A stretch of 64,000 nucleotides of DNA from an uncultured Ignavibacteriales bacterium. Lineage in GTDB: Bacteria; Zixibacteria; MSB-5A5; GN15; FEB-12. The DNA is taken from positions 3,155-67,154 of the forward strand of contig CAZFOY010000008.1 of assembly GCA_964520865.1 (NCBI GenBank), given 5' to 3'. A program made the translations under genes and the position numbers. Shown here one piece after another: positions 46,971-55,311 of the stretch (positions within the stretch are counted from its first letter, which is position 1; each line of letters starts with the position of its first letter). The notes under the pieces were generated by a model. It saw only the letters and a list, made by a program, of their open reading frames with translations. It did not search any database and was not told where the DNA came from.

Positions 46971-48209
46971 TTACGGATTGGATATTCTGACCGTATTCGA
47001 ACCGGCAAATGCACCGTGACGATCGAAAACAAATACCCGGAAATAGTAGCTATTGCCGGCTCCGACACGATAGGCAAACGAAGTACCACCCGTTCCCGGT
47101 TCGTAGTCAATCATCGTGCTGCTGGTGTCCACGGTACTTGAACTCGACCGGTAAAGTCGATAAGCCTCGAAATCGGCATCGTTGGTCGTCGTCCAGTTGA
47201 ACCGTGCCGAATCGCCATCGAGATACCCGACCAATTGGACCGGCAACGGCGGCGTGTTGATATTCAGAAGCGGATTGGCTAACACCGAAGGAGCGTTGTT
47301 GCCGGCCTCGTCGGTAAACGAGCCGGTCACCGTTCCATCGAGCAAATTGGCATTGATCGGAACTATGTACCATCCGGCGTAGATACCGTCGTTGGCAATG
47401 CCGTCCGGAGCGTTACCGTCGTCGTAGAGACTCACTCCCGAGGTCCCACTGAAAGATACTCTCGCCTGACCTCCCGTTTCTCCGGCATCCAGACCGAACG
47501 TTATCGTATCACCCGGGGTGAACGTCGTACCGGTCGGGCTGTAGTAAACAGAATCGATATTCGCGCGGGTATCGAGCGTAATACTGTCCGATAGCAGGGA
47601 CAAAGACTCCACACCATCGGAGAACTGAATCCGTGAGTAAACAGTCTTGTTACCGTCGCCATCCGAAAGCGCGAAACTCACGGTGGTATTGTAGCCCTGA
47701 TAATTCGCATCGGGAAATGTCGAATCCTCGGAAAGAATAACGTCACTCGCACCTGTCGGCGCCGTGAACTGAATCTGAACTGTCCGGGACCGGGTGTAGC
47801 GGGCACCGCCGTTTATGGTGATTGACATGTGCGCTACTCGAGCCACGACCGCCCCTGATCCTCTCCCTTCCAGGCCGCTCAAGAGAACCGGTACGATCCG
47901 GAAAGCATACACCGTGTTGATCTTGAGATTCGTGAGCGTAATCTCGGTCGTTGTCGAAGAATCGAGAAGCTCGGTCGGGATCGTATCGGTGGTAGACGAA
48001 TAAACTCGATACTGGCTGAACAGGGATGAATCGGCAACCGTCCAGGTCAGTCGGACGGCGTCGTTATCCAGAAACACGTGAACATTGGTTGGAGCCTTTC
48101 CGACATCCGGCGGCGAATTCGTCGGATATTTCGAGTCGATATAGCGATTGCAGGCAACTGCCAACAGGAGGCTGACCGCGCATATGATATATAGAAATCT
48201 CCTGGTCAC
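46971..48209 (-). CDS. lipoprotein with N- and C-terminal fibronectin-III-like domains
   Basis: Lipobox LLLAVAC. FN3-like segments (RLTWTV...YRVYSS...YAFRIVPV and RFNWTT...YRLYRS...YYFRVFVFD). Central INGGARYT...DGDGNKTVY Ig-like module. Confidence 0.68.
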   Translation of the reverse strand: MTRRFLYIICAVSLLLAVACNRYIDSKYPTNSPPDVGKAPTNVHVFLDNDAVRLTWTVADSSLFSQYRVYSSTTDTIPTELLDSSTTTEITLTNLKINTVYAFRIVPVLLSGLEGRGSGAVVARVAHMSITINGGARYTRSRTVQIQFTAPTGASDVILSEDSTFPDANYQGYNTTVSFALSDGDGNKTVYSRIQFSDGVESLSLLSDSITLDTRANIDSVYYSPTGTTFTPGDTITFGLDAGETGGQARVSFSGTSGVSLYDDGNAPDGIANDGIYAGWYIVPINANLLDGTVTGSFTDEAGNNAPSVLANPLLNINTPPLPVQLVGYLDGDSARFNWTTTNDADFEAYRLYRSSSSTVDTSSTMIDYEPGTGGTSFAYRVGAGNSYYFRVFVFDRHGAFAGSNTVRISNP

Positions 48210-48225
48210 TTCGATCTCCTTCGGC

Positions 48226-48963
48226 TCAAAACTTGAATGAAAGCTGCAATCCGACGTGGGCGGGATCGCTCGACGGCGCCACGGACAGGCCCTTCACGAA
48301 AATCTCGCTCCGGTTGTTCGGGAAAAAGAACAGCGCATCGAGAAAGCTCAGTCCCCAGGTCCCGATGGCAGATCCGATACTGATACGCCGCAGGTTCTCG
48401 GCATCCCAGGCATCGTGCTGACGGCGCTGGAGGGTGGCGTATGACGTCTGCAGCTCGGTGATGTTCCCGTATCGCAGCAGGGAATCGTACTCGTTTTTGG
48501 CTGTCCTGTATCGGTCGTACTTGATGTCGAAATCATGATCGGTGACGAAATACGCGGCCACCGAAGCGGCGGCGAGAAAAGTCAGCGCATACCCCTTGAA
48601 TTTCTGGTCGGCGTAGCGCTGGCCCCATCCCGGAATAAAAAGGGATCTGGCTGCCGCCTTGAAACGAGTCTTCGGAGACAACGTAACGTTGACTTCCATC
48701 GGCTGGGTAGGATCGACTGAAATTCTGGTCCTGTACGTCTCGTACCCCTGCCTTCTCACGACGACCTTGTAGTTGCCGATGATGAGCTGTCGGAATCTTG
48801 CGGGGGTTACTCCGGCCACCCGGGCCTCTCCTTCGAGCGTAACCTGAGCGCCGGCCGGGGTTGAATTGACGGTGAGATCCGAATTGAACGGACTCTGACA
48901 CCAAGACGCCGAAGAAAGCGTCATCATTATCGTGGCAATGGCCAAAATCCGTTTCAGTACCAT
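48226..48963 (-). CDS. PEGA-domain protein with DUF5683-like C-terminal region
   Basis: Signal peptide. PEGA pattern VNSTPAGAQVTLEG...GVTP...GNYKVVVRRQGYE, then FIPGWGQRYA. Confidence 0.72.
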   Translation of the reverse strand: MVLKRILAIATIMMTLSSASWCQSPFNSDLTVNSTPAGAQVTLEGEARVAGVTPARFRQLIIGNYKVVVRRQGYETYRTRISVDPTQPMEVNVTLSPKTRFKAAARSLFIPGWGQRYADQKFKGYALTFLAAASVAAYFVTDHDFDIKYDRYRTAKNEYDSLLRYGNITELQTSYATLQRRQHDAWDAENLRRISIGSAIGTWGLSFLDALFFFPNNRSEIFVKGLSVAPSSDPAHVGLQLSFKF

Positions 48964-49041
48964 CTGTCTTCCTGAGTAACTGCTGACACGTCTTTAATTA
49001 TCGGTGAAAATACGACATTCATAATATCAAGACAAGCAAAT

Positions 49042-49068
49042 AAAAAAAGCCGTGTGGGGCGCACGGCT
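49042..49068 (-). terminator. intrinsic terminator after the sugar transferase gene
   Basis: Minus strand reads AGCCGTG-cgcccca-CACGGCT followed by TTTTTTT. Confidence 0.8.
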
Positions 49069-49105
49069 CTTATAGCTTTTGCGGCTGTAGTTCGGCATTT
49101 CTCGC

Positions 49106-50047
49106 TTAATGAGCGCCTTTACCGGTGAATACAACCTTGACTGTCTTGAACAGAATCTTGATGTCGAGCCAGATCGATCGATTCTCGATATAGCTCAAAT
49201 CGTAGGCGACTTTTCTGCGCACCGAGGAAATCGAGTCATCATATCCATTTTCGACCTGGGCGAGACCGGTGATTCCCGGCTTGACGGCCAGCCGATCGCT
49301 GTATCCGTCCACCTGCTTGGAGAGATCCGCGACGAATTTCGGACGTTCCGGGCGCGGACCCACGAGGGACATTTCCCCTCTCAGGACATTGATGAACTGC
49401 GGGATCTCGTCGATACGGGTCTTGCGAAGGAACTGGCCCAAGCGGGTGATCCGCGGATCGTTCTTGGTCGCCCAGACCGGACCGGAAGCCCGCTCTGCGT
49501 CGTTTACCATAGTGCGGAATTTGATCACGTCGAACAGCTTGCCATGATAGTTCTCACGGCGGCGGTCCCGGCTCCGACGGTCGTTCGCCTCGGCGTCCTG
49601 ATAGACCCGACGGCTGCGCTTGCGTCGTTCGCAACCCACTCTGGTCTGCGAGTAAAAGACCGGACCTTTCGAGTCGAGCTTAATGAGGACCGGCACGATC
49701 AACCATACCGGCAAGGTCAGGACCAGACCTACGATCGCCCCCATTATATCCATTAACCTCTTAACAACGTCGGTCAAAATCCCTCTCACACTCCCCGGCC
49801 TGGTCAGAACTCTCGGCATCGCGAAAATAAATACCGAAGACAGCGCTACAAACAACAGACCCTTGAAGTACTCGCTGAAGAAGTAATTGAATTGGTTGGC
49901 CAAAGTCAAGGACTGTGCGGGCTCGGCCATGGTCCGAGTGATCGTGAAGCTCGAAGCCATGCCGTAGGTAATGTTCTCCCGGGGATAAGCCACTGCGTTT
50001 TCTGTTCTGATATCCAAGTTGTTATTTTGTCGATTTTCCATAATCAC
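49106..50047 (-). CDS. polyprenyl-phosphate sugar phosphotransferase (bacterial sugar transferase, WbaP/EpsB-like)
   Basis: [13 protein letters not shown]...[11 protein letters not shown]...KFRTM...[37 protein letters not shown]. The start codon is uncertain. Confidence 0.88.
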   Translation of the reverse strand: MIMENRQNNNLDIRTENAVAYPRENITYGMASSFTITRTMAEPAQSLTLANQFNYFFSEYFKGLLFVALSSVFIFAMPRVLTRPGSVRGILTDVVKRLMDIMGAIVGLVLTLPVWLIVPVLIKLDSKGPVFYSQTRVGCERRKRSRRVYQDAEANDRRSRDRRRENYHGKLFDVIKFRTMVNDAERASGPVWATKNDPRITRLGQFLRKTRIDEIPQFINVLRGEMSLVGPRPERPKFVADLSKQVDGYSDRLAVKPGITGLAQVENGYDDSISSVRRKVAYDLSYIENRSIWLDIKILFKTVKVVFTGKGAH

Positions 50048-50320
50048 TTATAAAGTTTGGGGCTCGTATTAAGTTTTGTTCGATATACAACTGCCTTGAG
50101 CAAATGATTTGCCGAATCCCGAAACCCAGTGCAATTTATGCCTACAAACAGGTAAATTTTTAACCTACTGTGTCACTTGCTGTTACGATGGCAGTTTTTG
50201 CCATTATCGGAGATTATTTTTGTCCGTTTTTGCGGGCAGGAAAAAAGTGGGACGAGAATGTCGTTCTCGACACAATAGGTGCAACAGAATGCGCAAAGGA
50301 CTGAAATACAGGTGCAATTG

Positions 50321-50345
50321 AAAAGCCGGTCGAAATAGACCGGCT
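50321..50345 (-). terminator. intrinsic terminator after the PorV-like gene
   Basis: Minus strand reads AGCCGGTC-tatttc-GACCGGCT followed by TTTTcaatt. Confidence 0.65.
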
Positions 50346-50371
50346 TACACGATTACTCTGATGGGGTCAGA

Positions 50372-51325
50372 TTACCGACCGAATTTGAGAATCAGGGACA
50401 GACGGTGGACATCCTCGGACGAGTATTTGTCTCTGGTGGTGTAGGAATAGTCGAATTCGGCCTTGCCGAGGGTCATTCCGGCGCCGAACGTCAGCCCCGA
50501 ACCGAACGATTTGGTATCGTCCTGAGAATAGAAGTTATAGCCGGTCCTGATGAAATACTCATCATTATAGTTGAACTCGAGTCCGTGCCGTACGACCAGA
50601 TTGCCGTTGATCGGCTTATCGAATTCGATCGCGGCCAGAAGGGAACGGTTGTCCAGGGGAAGAACCGAAGCGCCGATTCGAATCTCCGATGGGAGTTTCT
50701 CAGCCACCAGGCCCTCGAATTTCATAGTGGGACCGAAATTACCGGCGAAACCGGCCAGGGTCACCCGTTCGAATTCGTAACGTAGACCAAAATCAGCGGC
50801 GATAGTCGAGGCGCTTACCTTGTCGAGATGTTGTCCGATGAATTTTCCGGTCACGCCGACGGAGAAGTTCGGGTTTACTTTGTAGCCGATAGACAGACCG
50901 CCCGCCCAATCGTAAGCGGAGATTTCGTTCGTGTATGTTCCGTTGACGTCGTACCCCTTGATGGTACCATAGCCGAGATAAGTCATGGACGCGGCGAAAG
51001 TCGTGCGGTCGGAGACGGTATAGGCGAATGAACCGTGCTCGAGGTTCAGATCCTGAAGCCAGGAAAAGTGCCCGAGCGAAACCTCACCGGCATCGACACT
51101 GGTCAGTCCGGCCGGATTCCAGTAAGACGAGATTGCTCCATTCGACACGGCTGTAAACGCTCCGCCCATTCCGGCAGCTCTGGCACCCACGCCTATGGTA
51201 AGAAAATCAGCAGCCGTACGACCGGCATCGGTCGCGGCCACTGAGACTTTGCCAAGCAACGCAACGAGAATAATCAGGAGAACCCAGCCGACGAGGATTC
51301 TCTTCACAGCGATTTTGACTCCCAT
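50372..51325 (-). CDS. PorV/PorQ-family outer-membrane beta-barrel
   Basis: Signal peptide, then AADFLTIGVGARAAGMGGAFTAVSNGAISSYWNPAGL, the family N-terminal signature. 317 aa, beta pattern throughout. Confidence 0.72.
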   Translation of the reverse strand: MGVKIAVKRILVGWVLLIILVALLGKVSVAATDAGRTAADFLTIGVGARAAGMGGAFTAVSNGAISSYWNPAGLTSVDAGEVSLGHFSWLQDLNLEHGSFAYTVSDRTTFAASMTYLGYGTIKGYDVNGTYTNEISAYDWAGGLSIGYKVNPNFSVGVTGKFIGQHLDKVSASTIAADFGLRYEFERVTLAGFAGNFGPTMKFEGLVAEKLPSEIRIGASVLPLDNRSLLAAIEFDKPINGNLVVRHGLEFNYNDEYFIRTGYNFYSQDDTKSFGSGLTFGAGMTLGKAEFDYSYTTRDKYSSEDVHRLSLILKFGR

Positions 51326-51366
51326 AATCTACCCTTTCGTGAGCATTAGCGTTTTCCGCTTTAATC

Positions 51367-51381
51367 GCAACGCCAATGCCA
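51367..51381 (-). promoter_or_regulatory. sigma-54 (-24/-12) promoter upstream of the PorV-like gene
   Basis: Minus strand reads cTGGCAT-TGGCG-TTGCg, with exact GG-N10-GC spacing. The -12 GC is 41 nt upstream of the ATG at 51325. Confidence 0.6.
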
Positions 51382-51908
51382 GAACCATCCAGTGGTTCGG
51401 GCTTTTTCTCCGTTATCCTGCGATTCCGGAGATGTGTCTGTAACTGATTATGGTCCAACCCATTCCCAGTGAGGCAAGACCGTATTTCAGACGGTTTTTC
51501 GGAGTCCCCTGGAGCCGTCGCAGTAACGTCGGCACCCTCTCTGTTCAGTCTGTGGCCACCGCTATTGCGAAAACTCCAGATCCTATGAACCATCTCTCAC
51601 TTCTACAACGACTTCTGCCCGGAGTCCAAAAATACAACACTTTATTTGTATTGTCGGAAACTTGAACAGCCATTTCACTCAAATATGGGGACTATCCCAT
51701 ATTTCTTGACCTGATTTAGCGTAACTTCAAGTTGTTGTCAACAAAAATGGTAGTTTTTCCGGAAATATTTTCCGCCGACTATCTAATTGTAATTTATAGA
51801 CTTAACTTGACGAATAATTTCATCCAATGAAATCAGAGGCTGTTACCATGATCGCACCGCAGAAACGGTTGAAAGTGCAGGATTTGAGTCAGAGAGAAAG
51901 CTCGAAAA

Positions 51909-52334
51909 TCACCACTTCGTCTTTTCGACGAATTCACCGATGAACGGGAGCTTGTAGTTCTTTCCCTGAAGAGCGAAGAATATCCCGATCAGAGAGAACA
52001 CAATCGCGACAATCAGAATCACTTTGAAAATAAAGTGGGCTATGCCATCCACCAGGAAAACTGCTGCGAACAACTCGACGATAAACAGCAGCGTTCCTTG
52101 CCGAGCATGCAGGCGTGCTTCTTTGTTGTCGGGCATATTGAGAAGGGGAATGAAGCACAGGAGTGGGATGTATGACATGATAGCCGCCATCCTTCCTTCT
52201 TCGGACTTGAAATCTTCCGCCAACTCGGCGTCATCACTCACTTCGGAATTGTCCGTAGTCGGTTTATTGAGCTCCGGAACTTCTCCGCTCGGAGTCTGTT
52301 TCGGCTGATCATTCTTGAAAAAAGATTCGCTCAT
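51909..52334 (-). CDS. DUF4870-like membrane protein
   Basis: RMAAIMSYIPLLCFIPLL...ARLHARQGTLLF pattern; 141 aa. Confidence 0.62.
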   Translation of the reverse strand: MSESFFKNDQPKQTPSGEVPELNKPTTDNSEVSDDAELAEDFKSEEGRMAAIMSYIPLLCFIPLLNMPDNKEARLHARQGTLLFIVELFAAVFLVDGIAHFIFKVILIVAIVFSLIGIFFALQGKNYKLPFIGEFVEKTKW

Positions 52335-52355
52335 ACATCCTCCCTGCCGCCTTCA

Positions 52356-54485
52356 TCAGGCAGGCCAGAACATTTCCATGTCGCGCTCGGGGATGTCAAT
52401 CGAGATCGGTTCGTCCTCCGGGCAACTTTCGAGGCGATTCTCACCGTCGAATAACGTCGCAGTTATGCCGACCTTGCCGTTTCCATCCTTGAACAGCGCG
52501 TTACGAGAGATCGCCACTTCCAGTATTTCGTCGCAGCAGTAGGTCATGCCGATGTCGGAGTCGGTCACCGTTCCCTTCTCGTTGAGGGCGAGCCGAACCT
52601 TCTTTTGCTGCGGGGCTAACAACGTTACGACGCAAACCGGCTCTGTAAGTAAGTCTATCTTTTTCTTATTCAGGAAGTCAAGCCGAATGTACAGGTTGTC
52701 ATGATCGAAAGCGAACCAGATCCGGGAGATGTAGCGTTCAACGCGGTGCATTGCGCCGCCGGCATCGGCACATTCAAAGTGACCCGCCCCGGTCCACTCG
52801 TAGAAATGCGACAGACGGCCATCGATTTGCGGGGTGACCATGTCATCGGGCATGATCGGTTTGATGGAAGCCTCACCGGAGGTAATCGGATTAAGCAGTT
52901 GCACCGGAATCTCCAGACCGAGGAATTCGTACACAGCTATGAGATGATGACGAAAGATCCGGTCGAACTGCTCGTTGTGCTCTCCCCTGTGCTCATCTCC
53001 GTACCACCAGCACCAGTCGGAACCTTCGGCAATGTAGATCTGCCGCCAGGCTTTTTCAAGTTTGACCGGATCGAAATTCGGGTGCTGTTTCTCGAACTCA
53101 ACCAGTTTATCGCGCGTACGTGAGAGCTGATCCCACGCGGCGTTGTCTTCGGGATGTCCGATCCAAATCCGAAAGTTGTGATTAATCCAGGAACCGGCGA
53201 AAAGTTGCTCCAGAGGCTTGGCCGGAGCGTTTGTCGCAAGCTCGGACATGGTTACCAGCTCGATATTGGGCTCCTTCGCCAGCGCAGAATAGAACTTGGT
53301 AAGGAACTCTCTCCCGTCTTCCGGAAAGTACTCCCAGGCGTTCTCACCATCGAGAATCACCGGAATGACGGTGTTGTCGAGTTGATCGATCCGATGCTGT
53401 CTAATCGAGAGAAGATTCGAAACGAAGTCGGTCACCGCCATATCGGGCGAGAGGCCGGAATAGACGAATCCGATCCGATCGGAGAGGAGATGATCCCTGA
53501 AGAACATCTTGAGTCCCGATCCGAATTGATAAACCGAATGGATAGGATACGCCGCAGGGTCTTTCCCCGCCTTCTTCGCCGAGTGATACAATATTTCCTC
53601 GTCGGTGGCAATCCACTCCACCCCGAATTTGAGCATGATTCGGGCGACTTCTTCCGAAACCGAACCCTCGGACGGCCACATCCCTTTCATCTTCTTCCCG
53701 AAGAGCTTCTCATATTTCTCCGCCGCAAGCCCGACTTGGCGCTCAGCGTCTTCCGGATGAACGAACCTGTTTCGAGGAAGCGTCACTCCCGGCATTGCCT
53801 CAAGGGCTACGTTCGTATCGCAGAGCAGTGGCAGAATAGGGTGATAGTAGGGTGTAAACGAGATGTCGATCCGTCCTTCATCGAACAACTTTTTGTAAGT
53901 GGGCACGATCCGTTTGAGAAACTCGTGTTGCCACGCAAGCAGAGTAGTCTTTTCTTCTTCGGTGAAATGCCGCCCTTTCGCGAACAACGACTTCAGCGGC
54001 TCCTCCTGGCGGAACATCGGATCCACCCAGGTCAAATTCGACCAGACCTGAAGATCTCGGATCTCTTCCGAGGTGAAGAGGGACGGCAGGATATCCTGTT
54101 TCAGGTTGTCCCTCACCTTGCGATGGAGTTCCCGATAGCGGGGATACGGCTCGATCATCGTTTGCGGATGACACGAGAAGAAGGAATTCAGGATCTCCAT
54201 CCGTTGGGATCGGGTAAGTTCTTCGGCAGCTATCCCCGATAAATGCAGATGCGGGTCGGTGCCACCCTGGATGTACAGTTCGATCTGGTCGAGAAGCGAG
54301 GGTACGAGATTGAAAGTAACCTTGATGCCTTCGTGGCGAGCGGCCTCCAGGGGCATGTCGAGATAGTCCTTGAGGGCGTGTAACCGCACCCACGGCATCA
54401 TCATTCGAGCCGAATCGGGTTCCTGGTAATTCGGCTGGTGCATGTGCCACAGAAGGGCTACCTTGACAGGTTGGGTCCCCGGCAA
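52356..54485 (-). CDS. glycoside hydrolase family 57 protein (alpha-glucan-active)
   Basis: N-terminus LLWHMHQPNY; 709 aa. WWYGDEH segment typical of GH57. Confidence 0.88.
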   Translation of the reverse strand: MPGTQPVKVALLWHMHQPNYQEPDSARMMMPWVRLHALKDYLDMPLEAARHEGIKVTFNLVPSLLDQIELYIQGGTDPHLHLSGIAAEELTRSQRMEILNSFFSCHPQTMIEPYPRYRELHRKVRDNLKQDILPSLFTSEEIRDLQVWSNLTWVDPMFRQEEPLKSLFAKGRHFTEEEKTTLLAWQHEFLKRIVPTYKKLFDEGRIDISFTPYYHPILPLLCDTNVALEAMPGVTLPRNRFVHPEDAERQVGLAAEKYEKLFGKKMKGMWPSEGSVSEEVARIMLKFGVEWIATDEEILYHSAKKAGKDPAAYPIHSVYQFGSGLKMFFRDHLLSDRIGFVYSGLSPDMAVTDFVSNLLSIRQHRIDQLDNTVIPVILDGENAWEYFPEDGREFLTKFYSALAKEPNIELVTMSELATNAPAKPLEQLFAGSWINHNFRIWIGHPEDNAAWDQLSRTRDKLVEFEKQHPNFDPVKLEKAWRQIYIAEGSDWCWWYGDEHRGEHNEQFDRIFRHHLIAVYEFLGLEIPVQLLNPITSGEASIKPIMPDDMVTPQIDGRLSHFYEWTGAGHFECADAGGAMHRVERYISRIWFAFDHDNLYIRLDFLNKKKIDLLTEPVCVVTLLAPQQKKVRLALNEKGTVTDSDIGMTYCCDEILEVAISRNALFKDGNGKVGITATLFDGENRLESCPEDEPISIDIPERDMEMFWPA

Positions 54486-54513
54486 ATCACACTCTCCGAC
54501 TTTTCATGGAAGT

Positions 54514-55197
54514 TCAGCTTTGAATATCGAGGCTCTTTTCCTCGAAGAGACGCTCGGCACGCATTTCAAGCTGGGTACCGGCAAAGTTCTTCTTGATATA
54601 ATCGAGCTTGGCGCGAGCCTTCTCGACATCACCGGCGGCAAGGTAGTCCCGCATAGCCGAGTAGTTGTAATCTCCCGCCAGCGGACCGTCCGGGTACTCG
54701 TTATAAGCGGCGTCAAACTGCTTTGCCGCATCCGCGTAGTTTCCCTGATTCTCCTGACAGGACGCAAGTCCGGCAAGGGCTGAGGCCCGGTCCAACTTGC
54801 TGTCTTTGTACTTATCCAGGTACATTTGATAGTAGCGGGTAGCCTCAGGGTAATTTTTCGTCTGATAATTGATATTCCCCAGCAGCAGGGTAGCCTGCTC
54901 CGCTATTTTCGAGCCCGAGTAATTCTCGAGAACATTCTGCAAACCGAGGATAGCGACCTGGTTGTTACCACTGCGGAAATTCGACAGCGCGTCCGAGAAC
55001 TGATTGGAAGCATCGACCCGTTTGGTCGCCTGGCTGTTCTGATAGTAAACTGCCGCCACAACCAGCAGCACCACGACGACCAGACCGATAAGATAGAATT
55101 GCCAGTTATCACTCAGCTGCTGCTTGGCCTGAAACATGAAACTGGTGAACTTGTCTTCTTTGATCTGTCGCTTGGACAGCTTGACTTTGCCGTACAT
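54514..55197 (-). CDS. membrane-anchored tetratricopeptide-repeat protein (YfgM-like)
   Basis: N-terminal TM segment FYLIGLVVVVLLVVAAVYY followed by TPR-like repeats. Confidence 0.72.
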   Translation of the reverse strand: MYGKVKLSKRQIKEDKFTSFMFQAKQQLSDNWQFYLIGLVVVVLLVVAAVYYQNSQATKRVDASNQFSDALSNFRSGNNQVAILGLQNVLENYSGSKIAEQATLLLGNINYQTKNYPEATRYYQMYLDKYKDSKLDRASALAGLASCQENQGNYADAAKQFDAAYNEYPDGPLAGDYNYSAMRDYLAAGDVEKARAKLDYIKKNFAGTQLEMRAERLFEEKSLDIQS

Positions 55198-55311
55198 GTA
55201 ATTTTTACTCCCGAAACTGTTTATCGCTACCGAGAATTATCGGCGCGATCAATCATTCTCTAAACGCTGTTATCTCTTCCGTCGAGTCGGTCTCTGGTTC
55301 CCGACCCGGAA

